This document shows, piece by piece, positions 48,024 through 56,892 of a DNA stretch of 64,000 bases. Origin of the DNA: an uncultured virus (IMG/VR IMGVR_UViG_3300002220_000736) (Duplodnaviria > Heunggongvirae > Uroviricota > Caudoviricetes); the IMG/VR virus record IMGVR_UViG_3300002220_000736; one strand, written 5' to 3'. How positions within the stretch are numbered: the stretch's first letter is position 1; the number at the start of each line of letters is the position of its first letter. Both the position numbers and the translations under genes were made by a program. The notes under the pieces were generated by a model. That model was given only the letters and a program-made list of their open reading frames with translations, had not been told where the DNA came from and made no database searches.

Positions 48024-49060
48024 TTAGTGTGGAAATTTTCAACTTCCAAAGTCACAAACACACTATTATTAATTTATCCAAAGGGGTTAATATTTTTAAT
48101 GGTTTAAGTGACAAAGGAAAGACAGCAATCAAAAGAGCAATCGGATGGGTTATTGACAACAAGCCATCCGGTGATGCTTTTCGTAGTCATTGGGGTGGAA
48201 ATACAGTAGTTGAATTATCCTTTTCTGATGGGAATGTTATCCGGAGAACAAAGTCAAATACAGAAAATTCGTACACAATAAACAACGAAGTTCCATTAAA
48301 AGCTTTTGGTCAGGGTATGCCAGACGAAGTTAAGAAAATACTAAATTTGGAAAGTGTTAATATTCAATCCCAAATGGATGCTCCGTTCTTGCTTAGCGAA
48401 ACTGCCGGAGAAGTAGCTTCTCACTTTAATCGAATTGCTGGAATTTCTATCATTGATAAAAGTATTTCTAAGGCTAAAAGTGCTGTATCCAAAACAAAGC
48501 TGGGGATTGAACAAAGAGAAAATGACCTGCAAGAAAAAATGGAGCAGCTAAAGAACTATGAAACTTTGCCAGATCTTCAAAAAAGAATAAGCACGTTAGA
48601 AAGGAAAGACACAACAAAGAAAAATGAATACGCTGAATTGATTGCACTGAAAAACAAAGTTTCCAGATTGGTTGAGATTGAAAACGATTTGGATGAAGTT
48701 GAAGACTTTTTGCAGATAGAAAAGCCAGTCGCCTTGTTGGTGGTAAAGAAAAAAGAAATAGTTGAGAAGAAAGTAGAAATTCAAAAGATGAAACGCCAAA
48801 TAGATAAAATAGACCTTATCTATGGAACACTCGAAGCAACTGAGAAATTAATAGGTCTTGAACCCAAAGTAAACGACCTGTTACGAAAGCAAAAAGACAT
48901 CAAGCAATTCCAAGCCGAAATTAAGCCTTTAAATGGTCTAGTGGTGCGATATACCAATCTGACTAAAATACTTGAAGGAAACGAAAGGAAACTAACTGAA
49001 TTACTTAGTTTGATTCCAAATGTATGTCCGATTTGTAAAGGTACAGGTAAATTAAAATAA
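48017..49060 (+). CDS. SbcC/Rad50 N-terminal half (Walker A, coiled coil, Zn hook)
   Basis: NFQSH, GLSDKGKT, ends CPICKG. Confidence 0.88.
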   Translation: MLVSVEIFNFQSHKHTIINLSKGVNIFNGLSDKGKTAIKRAIGWVIDNKPSGDAFRSHWGGNTVVELSFSDGNVIRRTKSNTENSYTINNEVPLKAFGQGMPDEVKKILNLESVNIQSQMDAPFLLSETAGEVASHFNRIAGISIIDKSISKAKSAVSKTKLGIEQRENDLQEKMEQLKNYETLPDLQKRISTLERKDTTKKNEYAELIALKNKVSRLVEIENDLDEVEDFLQIEKPVALLVVKKKEIVEKKVEIQKMKRQIDKIDLIYGTLEATEKLIGLEPKVNDLLRKQKDIKQFQAEIKPLNGLVVRYTNLTKILEGNERKLTELLSLIPNVCPICKGTGKLK

Positions 49061-49388
49061 AAAATATGGAAAGTTATAAATTACAAATAGAAAAGACTGC
49101 GGAAGGTTTAACGGTGGATGAGCAATCCGATATGTCCGATTTTGAAATAATGGGAATACTTACTCATTTAGTACAAGTTCACAGTATTAAACTATCTAAA
49201 CAATTACAAGATTATGAAAACGAAAAACTTAAAATTAAGGGGTGATGTTTCATTACCTAAACAGACTAACCAAATATCCGATTGGGTTATTCTTTTGATT
49301 TTTGTTGCACTCATGTTAGGCTTTGTGACTGCTGTGGCTGGGTTTATAGTTTTAGTGGAATTTTTAGTTTCATTATTATACTAGCAAT

Positions 49389-49577
49389 ATGCTCACAGAT
49401 GAAAGCCTCATGCCTTTTGGTATGCACAAGGGTACAAAAATGGCAAACGTTCCTGCAAAGTATTTATTGTTTCTTTATGATAACAATAAATGCACAAGTC
49501 AGGTGAAAGACTACATTGTAGAAAACGAAGATGTTCTCAGATTGGAAGTGTTTAACGAAAAAGACAAGCTGCGATGA
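49389..49577 (+). CDS. DUF3820-like small protein
   Basis: MPFGMHKG...VPAKYL. Confidence 0.7.
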   Translation: MLTDESLMPFGMHKGTKMANVPAKYLLFLYDNNKCTSQVKDYIVENEDVLRLEVFNEKDKLR

Positions 49578-49765
49578 AAACTTACAAAATTTGGATAGAC
49601 AGCACACATATTGTAAAAGTGGAAGGGTCTTGTATTATCTTTAATTCTGAATCAAAATCTTTTGAAATTTATGATGGTGATTCGAAATTATCTGATTTAC
49701 GTGCGATAATTTCAAATGCACTAATGATCGGCATAGAAGATTTAGAAAGAGAGGATTTACTATGA
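49574..49765 (+). CDS. Hypothetical protein
   Basis: Coupled ORF. Confidence 0.5.
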   Translation: MKTYKIWIDSTHIVKVEGSCIIFNSESKSFEIYDGDSKLSDLRAIISNALMIGIEDLEREDLL

Positions 49766-50628
49766 GCAAGCAAAAGAAAGCTGATGCAATCCTATGTGGT
49801 GATATTCACTTGCGAGAAGACACCCCTGTTTGTAGAACGGATGATTTCTTAGCTGCACAATGGAAAAAACTCACATTCATTTCTGAACTTCAAATACAAC
49901 ACAACTGTCCTATTCTTTGTTCAGGCGATCTATTCGACAATGCCAAACCTTCCTTGTGGTTAGTTAGCATGGTTTCTAAGATGATTCCTTCAAATTTCCA
50001 TACGGTTTATGGAAACCATGATCTTCCAAACCATTCTATGAAAGAGCAAGAAAAATGTGGTGTGTTCAATTTGTGGATTAATGGTAAAATAAAAGTACTT
50101 GACGGTGTCCATTTTAATCAAACACCTGAAGAACCCAGCATAACCATTAAAGGACGTAAAATACTTGTATGGCACGTAATGACCTACAAATCAGAACTAC
50201 CATATCCCGGATGTACTGATTTAAAAGCACGTTCAATCCTTCATAAATATCCTGAGTATTCTATGATTTTGACAGGTGATAATCATCAACCTTTCACACA
50301 AGAGTATAGGGGGAGATTGTTGGTAAATCCCGGAAGTATGATGCGACAAACAGCAGACCAAATAAATTATAAACCTGCCGTGTGGTTGTACTATGCTGAC
50401 ACAAATACAGTTGAACCAGTTTATCTTCCAATTGAAAAAGGAGTTGTTACCCGTGAACATCTTGATGTGTTAGTAGAAAAAGAAAATCGAATAATGGCCT
50501 TTATTGAAACACTAAATAGGGAAGGTTTGGATTTTGTAAACTTTAAGCAGAATCTTAAAGTATTCTTTCAACGCAATGATGTTGATCAAAAAGTTAAAGA
50601 TATTGTCCACGAAATGATTGAAGAATAA
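49762..50628 (+). CDS. SbcD/Mre11 metallophosphoesterase nuclease
   Basis: GDIH, GDLFD, GNHD, GDNH, NPGS. Confidence 0.92.
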   Translation: MSKQKKADAILCGDIHLREDTPVCRTDDFLAAQWKKLTFISELQIQHNCPILCSGDLFDNAKPSLWLVSMVSKMIPSNFHTVYGNHDLPNHSMKEQEKCGVFNLWINGKIKVLDGVHFNQTPEEPSITIKGRKILVWHVMTYKSELPYPGCTDLKARSILHKYPEYSMILTGDNHQPFTQEYRGRLLVNPGSMMRQTADQINYKPAVWLYYADTNTVEPVYLPIEKGVVTREHLDVLVEKENRIMAFIETLNREGLDFVNFKQNLKVFFQRNDVDQKVKDIVHEMIEE

Positions 50629-50807
50629 CATGAGCCCGATTGAACTACTACAAAAACACGTGATAGAACTAAGAAGGGATTTTGGTAAATCTATGGAAAT
50701 GTATAAAAATGGACAAATATCATTTGAGATACATGAAACTCACCGAAGAAATTTAATCCCTTTAATCAAAGAGTATGAACAAGCAATTCAAAAACTTTTA
50801 GAATAAT

Positions 50808-51038
50808 ATGAAAACAGAAAAACTTATCGAACTTCAAGAGGAAATTGAAGAACGCAAAACCCAGAAAGCACAACTGGAAGGTGAGAAAAATGCAATCGTA
50901 AAACAGTTAAAGGAAGACTATGGCTGCAAGAGCATAAAACAGGCCGAAGCACTTATAAAGGAAAAAGAAGTGGCTGTTGCTCAATTGGAAGAGGAATTGG
51001 AAGAAGGTTTGGAAGAACTTGAAAAACTTCTAAAATAG
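50808..51038 (+). CDS. Coiled-coil protein, probable middle segment of split SbcC
   Basis: Heptad pattern; lies between Mre11 and the SbcC C-half. Confidence 0.55.
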   Translation: MKTEKLIELQEEIEERKTQKAQLEGEKNAIVKQLKEDYGCKSIKQAEALIKEKEVAVAQLEEELEEGLEELEKLLK

Positions 51039-51052
51039 TTATACATTTTGCT

Positions 51053-51514
51053 ATGATAACAACAATTCAAGCAGCAATATTTTTATCGTACATCGTATTT
51101 TTGTTGATACGATTTAAAAAACCACTACCATCTATTTCAGATTCATGGTATGCGTTGGTTGGGAAAGAAAAAGTCTTATTTACGATTTTTTGTGTATCAA
51201 TCGGTTTTTTAATGTTCTTTCAAATGGATGGGACAAATCCATTTTTCTTTTTCTCAGGCGCAGGGCTTATATTTACCGGAACAGCAGCAGCGTTCAAGGA
51301 AAAACAAGTCAAGACTGTTCATTTAATTGGGGCGACAACTTGTATTGTTTCTGGGTTAGTTGCACTAATTTACGAACGAAATATAATTACACCAAGTTTG
51401 ATATTTGTATTTATAGGACTTTTTATGTATGTGCTTACAATAAAAAATCGTGTTTGGTGGATTGAAATTTTGGCATTTGCTTGTATTTGCGGAGGGTTAT
51501 ACGCAACACAATAA
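51053..51514 (+). CDS. Multi-pass membrane protein
   Basis: Several hydrophobic helices; PSISDSWY. Confidence 0.75.
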   Translation: MITTIQAAIFLSYIVFLLIRFKKPLPSISDSWYALVGKEKVLFTIFCVSIGFLMFFQMDGTNPFFFFSGAGLIFTGTAAAFKEKQVKTVHLIGATTCIVSGLVALIYERNIITPSLIFVFIGLFMYVLTIKNRVWWIEILAFACICGGLYATQ

Positions 51515-51553
51515 TGACACACTTTAAACCGAAGTTAAACTAAAATACCTATA

Positions 51554-52162
51554 ATGAACATATTTGAAGCAAAGAAGCTAATACAACAAAGAGAAGGGCG
51601 CAAAATTGAATTAGAGGATTCAATAGAACAAACAATAGTCCGTATCCGGAAAGATAAGAAGTATCAAAAGAATCTGGAAAAAGCACACGAAATTTTAAAA
51701 CAGGTCGGCCTACAAACCCAACAACAGCTAATCTATCATATTTCCGATGTTACTTCTGTTGCATTGGAAAGTGTGTTTGACGAACCTTATAGATTGGTTC
51801 TGGATTTTGTTGAGAGAAGAAACAAAAACGAATGTGATATTTTGTTTGAAAAGAATGGTGAAAAGATTGATCCTATGTTAGCCAGTGGTGGGGGTGTAGT
51901 TGATTTGGCCGCATTCGCTTTGAGGATCGCAAGTTGGTCAATGCAAATTCCACCAACACGAAGTATCATTATTCTAGATGAACCATTTAAACACCTCAGC
52001 AAAAACCTGCACACTAGGGCAAGTGAAATGGTAAAACTGCTAGCTGACAAATTAGGGATTCAGTTTATCATTATTACACATGAATCTGCATTAAGCACAT
52101 ACGCAGATCGCACATTTGAAGTAACCCAAAGGAAAGGCATTTCACGAGTTAAAACCACTTAA
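51554..52162 (+). CDS. SbcC/Rad50 C-terminal half
   Basis: ASGGG signature, IILDEP Walker B, IITH. Confidence 0.9.
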   Translation: MNIFEAKKLIQQREGRKIELEDSIEQTIVRIRKDKKYQKNLEKAHEILKQVGLQTQQQLIYHISDVTSVALESVFDEPYRLVLDFVERRNKNECDILFEKNGEKIDPMLASGGGVVDLAAFALRIASWSMQIPPTRSIIILDEPFKHLSKNLHTRASEMVKLLADKLGIQFIIITHESALSTYADRTFEVTQRKGISRVKTT

Positions 52163-52340
52163 GCCATGCTAACTATTACCTTGACCATTATAATCGTTCT
52201 AGGCAGCGGGAAACAACCTGAAATGAAGGAAAACTGGTACGAAAAGTATATGTACTATATTTTTGGTGCTTGTTTACTTTCTGGATTGATTGACATTACT
52301 ATGTATTTGAAATTCTTTCAAATTATATCAAGGCTTTAAA

Positions 52341-53003
52341 TCACTTAACAAGTAAAACACCTCCAGCCACACCGACCGCCCCATACACATACCATTTGTC
52401 CCACCATCTTTTTTTAGGCACAATAGTTATAGAGTTTCCTGTCATAATGGATGCGTTAGGGTCACTTAGTTTTGCCGTGATAACGTAACTTTTACCTTTT
52501 TGTTCCTGAAGTAGATTGATATTTGTCTGGTATGTGTACTTAAAATTCAATTTGTTTCCTACTAAGTAAGGCCACAAAAATAAGTAATCATTATTCCATT
52601 TTCCTACTTTAGCTTGTATCGTGTCGCCCTTAATATAAACAGGTATAGTATCATGTAAAGTGATTGTACCACTTCCGGCTGCATCAAGTTTCATTTTTAA
52701 TGCCAAGTTAACATCACGCCACTTTACATTGTCCTGTTTTAGCTTGTCTATTTCAAACCCAGCTTCCTCCAACGCCTTTTTCCGATTGTTTGCAGTAACT
52801 GTTGTGGAAAGCACTTTTGTAACAAGTTCTTCATTTTTGTTTCGAAACGATTCAACCGTATCTTTAATAGAGGCCAATTCCACGGCCTGTAATTGATTTT
52901 TATTCTTTAGCTGTTGCTTTGAACAGTTTTGTATTAATATTACGGCTAATAGCAAGGAAACGGCTAAAATCAGCTTGTAGTTCTTTAGAAAGAATGTTTT
53001 CAT
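52341..53003 (-). CDS. Membrane-anchored lysis/spanin-like protein
   Basis: N-terminal TM then IQNC, coiled coil, C-terminal KKRWW + GVAGG; follows endolysin. Confidence 0.55.
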   Translation of the reverse strand: MKTFFLKNYKLILAVSLLLAVILIQNCSKQQLKNKNQLQAVELASIKDTVESFRNKNEELVTKVLSTTVTANNRKKALEEAGFEIDKLKQDNVKWRDVNLALKMKLDAAGSGTITLHDTIPVYIKGDTIQAKVGKWNNDYLFLWPYLVGNKLNFKYTYQTNINLLQEQKGKSYVITAKLSDPNASIMTGNSITIVPKKRWWDKWYVYGAVGVAGGVLLVK

Positions 53004-53422
53004 GGGGCAAATATTAAAAGTGAATCCATTTGGGTAAAACCAACATCGGAATGAACCCAAGACACATTGTCCTCAATTCTTGTTATTCCTAGTTGCTTCC
53101 AATTTTGTTTAATGTATTCCCGAACTTCTTGTGATGATACTTTGAACAATTTGTCCGAAGCACGACCATATGAATGCTGAGATGTCATAGAGTAGTATGG
53201 GCTGTCTGTTGTACGTAAACCTGACCAGTTTCTATCACCACCAACCCACCAGTTATTTATTGTTATTGGGCCAAATTTGTCCCTTAACATTTGATCAGAT
53301 TTAATCAGCCTATCATCTAATAGGCTGATTAAGATGTGAGGCTTGTTTTGGTACTTCAAATATGCATCCTTTGGAATGTATTCGTCCAAAAATAGATTGG
53401 GTGTTAGTTGAACTCTTTTCAT
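53000..53422 (-). CDS. Endolysin, M15-type Zn peptidase
   Basis: SGLR, SQHSYGRASD, WVHSD. Confidence 0.85.
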   Translation of the reverse strand: MKRVQLTPNLFLDEYIPKDAYLKYQNKPHILISLLDDRLIKSDQMLRDKFGPITINNWWVGGDRNWSGLRTTDSPYYSMTSQHSYGRASDKLFKVSSQEVREYIKQNWKQLGITRIEDNVSWVHSDVGFTQMDSLLIFAP

Positions 53423-53679
53423 TGTTTATTGGCTTCTTTAATTGCTGCTTTGTTTGTTTCTGACATCATCAAATTCTTATCAGCACTACCCTTAGAAGAA
53501 CCAAAGAAATATGATATTGTCATAACAAAACAAGTTCCAAGTACACCAAGCAATACGTTTAATAAAGCTTCATTACGTTCCGGTATTCCTACAAAAATAA
53601 GTACACCAAGAATAATGAAAAATCCTATAAATAGTAATGCAGCTAAGGCATACATGAAAATCTCTTTATACTTTTCCAT
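53419..53679 (-). CDS. Holin
   Basis: Two TM helices, YFFGSS. Confidence 0.75.
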   Translation of the reverse strand: MEKYKEIFMYALAALLFIGFFIILGVLIFVGIPERNEALLNVLLGVLGTCFVMTISYFFGSSKGSADKNLMMSETNKAAIKEANKQ

Positions 53680-53685
53680 GATTTT

Positions 53686-54255
53686 TTATTTATTTAGATT
53701 ATTTTTTTGTAAATGTCCACCACGATTTAACTTTTCGAATATAGTTTCCATGTGCCACTGATATGTGTATTTGTCGATTGTTTCCCCAGACTTTAACACG
53801 TATCGCTGATCGTAGTAAGCATCCCCTGCCATTCGCAAAGTCTTAGCATCTTTCAAGGAAAATACCTCATTTGCATTTGCTTTTCCTGCTAACCCCACCG
53901 TATTTCCTATTGTCAACCCCACAACACCCATCACGATAATAAGAACAACTCCTAAAAACCATTTAATTGTACTTGTCATTTCTTTGATAGCTTCTTTTAT
54001 GACACTCTTTATTTTCTCTTCCTGATCATCATAAAAAATGTTAGCCTTTTCTTGTTGGTTGGCTAGGGCTGTGTCAAACTTGAACGCTCGAAGCTTGTAG
54101 AACTCTTTGTCCCTTTGTTCTCTTATTGTTATAGACTTCACATGCTCCTCCTCCATTTTCACAATAGATTTGTAAGCCGTTTCTACAATTGAAGCAACTT
54201 TGCTATCAAACTTTTCAGTGCAGATTTTGCAATCTTCTTCTTTTTCTTTTTCCAT
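53686..54255 (-). CDS. Single-TM coiled-coil protein of the lysis cluster
   Basis: One TM at residues ~98-122. Confidence 0.6.
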   Translation of the reverse strand: MEKEKEEDCKICTEKFDSKVASIVETAYKSIVKMEEEHVKSITIREQRDKEFYKLRAFKFDTALANQQEKANIFYDDQEEKIKSVIKEAIKEMTSTIKWFLGVVLIIVMGVVGLTIGNTVGLAGKANANEVFSLKDAKTLRMAGDAYYDQRYVLKSGETIDKYTYQWHMETIFEKLNRGGHLQKNNLNK

Positions 54256-54315
54256 AACTTATAGAATTTTAGTTGTTTGTCCTTCTATTTTAGTCCGGTT
54301 GTGCCGGATAGGTTG

Positions 54316-55536
54316 TTAAGTGATCGTTACGGTAAATGATTTTCCTTGTAATGATGTTCTTGCTGCAACACCATCATAACCTCCGCTGGTGGTGTCTGGG
54401 TCGGCATTTGTGCCACCAATGTTGATAACGCGGCTGGCAAATCCTCCGGCTGACATTGTATCAAGGTTAACAAGCATTTCATTGACTACTGCTGCGCTCC
54501 AACCATTACCCTCAAAGTGCCATGCCAATGATGCAAGTCCTGTTTTTAATTTTGAAACATCAACTACTCCTGTTATTCCTGTGGATTGTAAATTTAAATT
54601 TCTTACAAAACCTGTAATTGTTGAAGCAGGAAAAGTAACTCCTGTTAATGATGGATTTGAGTTTAAGGTAACGACGCCTGTGTCATTGTAGGTTGTAAAC
54701 ATCGACAAATCCAATACACCTGAAATACCTGTTGAATTTATTGCGATTTGTGCCATTGTTCCTGTAATCGAACTTGCAAATGTTACCCCCGTCATTGATG
54801 CGTTAGAGTTTATTAAAATATTTCCTGATGTACTGAACTTGTTTAGTCTGGTTAAATCTAACACGCCAGTAATGCCAGATGAATAAAGCGATACGAAAGC
54901 CAATGCCCCTGTATATGAACTTGCAAATGTCACACCTGTAACCGATGGAGTTAAATGAAGTTGTATATCTGCGGTGGATGTGAATTTTGTAAACATTTGT
55001 ATGTCAACCACGCCTGAAAGACCTGTCGATTGAAGTTGAAGCGTAGAAACAGTCCCAGTAATAGTTGCAGGAAACACAACATTTGTCATACTTGTATTCG
55101 TATGTAATATCCACGAAGTCATTGTTGAAAATACAGAGTTTGACAAATCTAACGTACCAACTATATTATCATCACTGATATTAATAGACGTAATTATACA
55201 AGTTCCTTTTCCATATAACTTGACCGTTCTGGTTGCTGTCGTTAAATATGTATGTGAAACTGCCTTATCGCCAACGGCAACAGATCCGTCCCCAAAATCC
55301 CACGCATATTGCCCTGAAGTTGCCGTAATTACAGGGTCAAAAGTTGTACTGTTTGGTGAGTTGTTTTGAAATTCAGCAATAAGAAACCATCCATCAGCCG
55401 GATTGATTGGTTTCCAAATCACCGGAGAATCTGGATCGTCAGGATCAAAATAGTTATTGATTGGGCAATACGTTGCAGGGTCAGGATCTCCACCTGATCC
55501 ACCGTACGGTAATATACATCTTCCTATTCTGCTCAT
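54316..55536 (-). CDS. Putative receptor-binding protein: PKD domain + LRR-like ~49-aa repeats
   Basis: WDFGDG; repeated ITGVLDL...NxSxTGVTF. Confidence 0.7.
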   Translation of the reverse strand: MSRIGRCILPYGGSGGDPDPATYCPINNYFDPDDPDSPVIWKPINPADGWFLIAEFQNNSPNSTTFDPVITATSGQYAWDFGDGSVAVGDKAVSHTYLTTATRTVKLYGKGTCIITSINISDDNIVGTLDLSNSVFSTMTSWILHTNTSMTNVVFPATITGTVSTLQLQSTGLSGVVDIQMFTKFTSTADIQLHLTPSVTGVTFASSYTGALAFVSLYSSGITGVLDLTRLNKFSTSGNILINSNASMTGVTFASSITGTMAQIAINSTGISGVLDLSMFTTYNDTGVVTLNSNPSLTGVTFPASTITGFVRNLNLQSTGITGVVDVSKLKTGLASLAWHFEGNGWSAAVVNEMLVNLDTMSAGGFASRVINIGGTNADPDTTSGGYDGVAARTSLQGKSFTVTIT

Positions 55537-56180
55537 ACAATTACCTCCGTAATAATTATTGAAACTGAAATATCACCTGTTGGCTCATTGGTAGCGTAAA
55601 TCTTAACTGTTCCTGTGTCACTCAAATTGTCAGGCATGATATCTGCTGCCTTTGTTATAGTGATTGTTTCTTTCATGTATATAACTTCGACTTCAGCCGT
55701 TGCTGTGATATTTGCATTTGCTAGATCGTATTCATAAAAACCAGAAACCAAAGTCCATCCGGTGGATAATAATGTCAACCCTGTTATTTGAAGTGGAGTT
55801 TCACCACCACCCATAGGCAAAACAAAAGATCCTACTGTTTCAGCAACACTGCCGTCCTTTTCCCAAATGTTTATAGTTACGTGTATATCATCAGTTGGTT
55901 CAAGTAAAGAATAAATTTTCACATACCCAGCTTCTTCCACCAAAGTTTTAGGAAGTACCCCAGCTACTTTTATGATATCAGTGTCTTCATTATCAGGAAT
56001 TACCTGTACAACTGACGTTGCCGTGATATTAGGATCGTATAAATCATATTCGTAATACAGGCCAAAGGATGTTGTGTACCAACCAATAGAATCAGCAACT
56101 TCTAAAACCAAGTCTTTTACTTGAATTAGGCTAGTGCTTTTCTTTACCTCTATGTATTGGAAAAAGATTGGTAATTCCAT
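55533..56180 (-). CDS. Tail-associated protein with internal domain duplication
   Basis: YEYDL..NITAT...VKIY..EPT.DI.V occurs twice. Confidence 0.65.
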   Translation of the reverse strand: MELPIFFQYIEVKKSTSLIQVKDLVLEVADSIGWYTTSFGLYYEYDLYDPNITATSVVQVIPDNEDTDIIKVAGVLPKTLVEEAGYVKIYSLLEPTDDIHVTINIWEKDGSVAETVGSFVLPMGGGETPLQITGLTLLSTGWTLVSGFYEYDLANANITATAEVEVIYMKETITITKAADIMPDNLSDTGTVKIYATNEPTGDISVSIIITEVIV

Positions 56181-56183
56181 TGT

Positions 56184-56552
56184 TTACTTTTTATAAAATC
56201 CTAGTAATAAAACCATTCCTGTATTTGTAGGATTTATTGTAAGCACTTCAAACTGTGCTAGAAAAACACCAAAATCATAAGGTATCGCCCCTTGCATCAG
56301 TTCAGCATCCGTTGACTCACACAATTGTTCTGTAATTATCATATCTTCAGGGCATTTGTACTCGAACGGAATTGTATCTATGAAATTTAAAGCTATGACA
56401 AACGTGTAATCAGTCAATTCCGTTGTAGCTGATTTCAGGATAGTTTCTATAACTTTTTCCTTATGTACAAAGGTAGAACTATTGAAATTTTGAGATCCCT
56501 GCTTTTTTGCTGGGAGCTCCCCTTTAAACTTTCTTGTAACGACTACATCCAT
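56184..56552 (-). CDS. Hypothetical tail-region protein
   Basis: Coupled ORF. Confidence 0.6.
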   Translation of the reverse strand: MDVVVTRKFKGELPAKKQGSQNFNSSTFVHKEKVIETILKSATTELTDYTFVIALNFIDTIPFEYKCPEDMIITEQLCESTDAELMQGAIPYDFGVFLAQFEVLTINPTNTGMVLLLGFYKK

Positions 56553-56881
56553 TATGTCAGATTTATCACATCAGAATTGTTATACTCTTCTAAGTCAATA
56601 TCATATTCATCTTCTGTCAAAAGCATCCGAAACGATGTCAACAGAAAGGGCTTATCACTTTGTTTACCATCAGAAAACATTTGGAATGGTTTCAAAATCC
56701 TTGCATCATGTATCGTACTTGATATTTTTTGCCTTGATTTGTTTAGTACTTGAAATTTGTTTATCATCAGTAAATCAACCAACGGCAAAAATCCACTTGA
56801 AGCCCCCGTAATTTCACCACCAGATAAGGCTGAATTAATCGTAATTTCATCAGGTTCAAATGTTTCTATTGTAACTGCCAT
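56552..56881 (-). CDS. Chimeric ORF: N-terminal FN3 strands + probable tail protein C-terminus
   Basis: MAVTIETFEPDEITINSALSGGEITG then FLPLVDLL...DIDLEEY. Confidence 0.65.
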   Translation of the reverse strand: MAVTIETFEPDEITINSALSGGEITGASSGFLPLVDLLMINKFQVLNKSRQKISSTIHDARILKPFQMFSDGKQSDKPFLLTSFRMLLTEDEYDIDLEEYNNSDVINLT

Positions 56882-56892
56882 AATATACGAAT

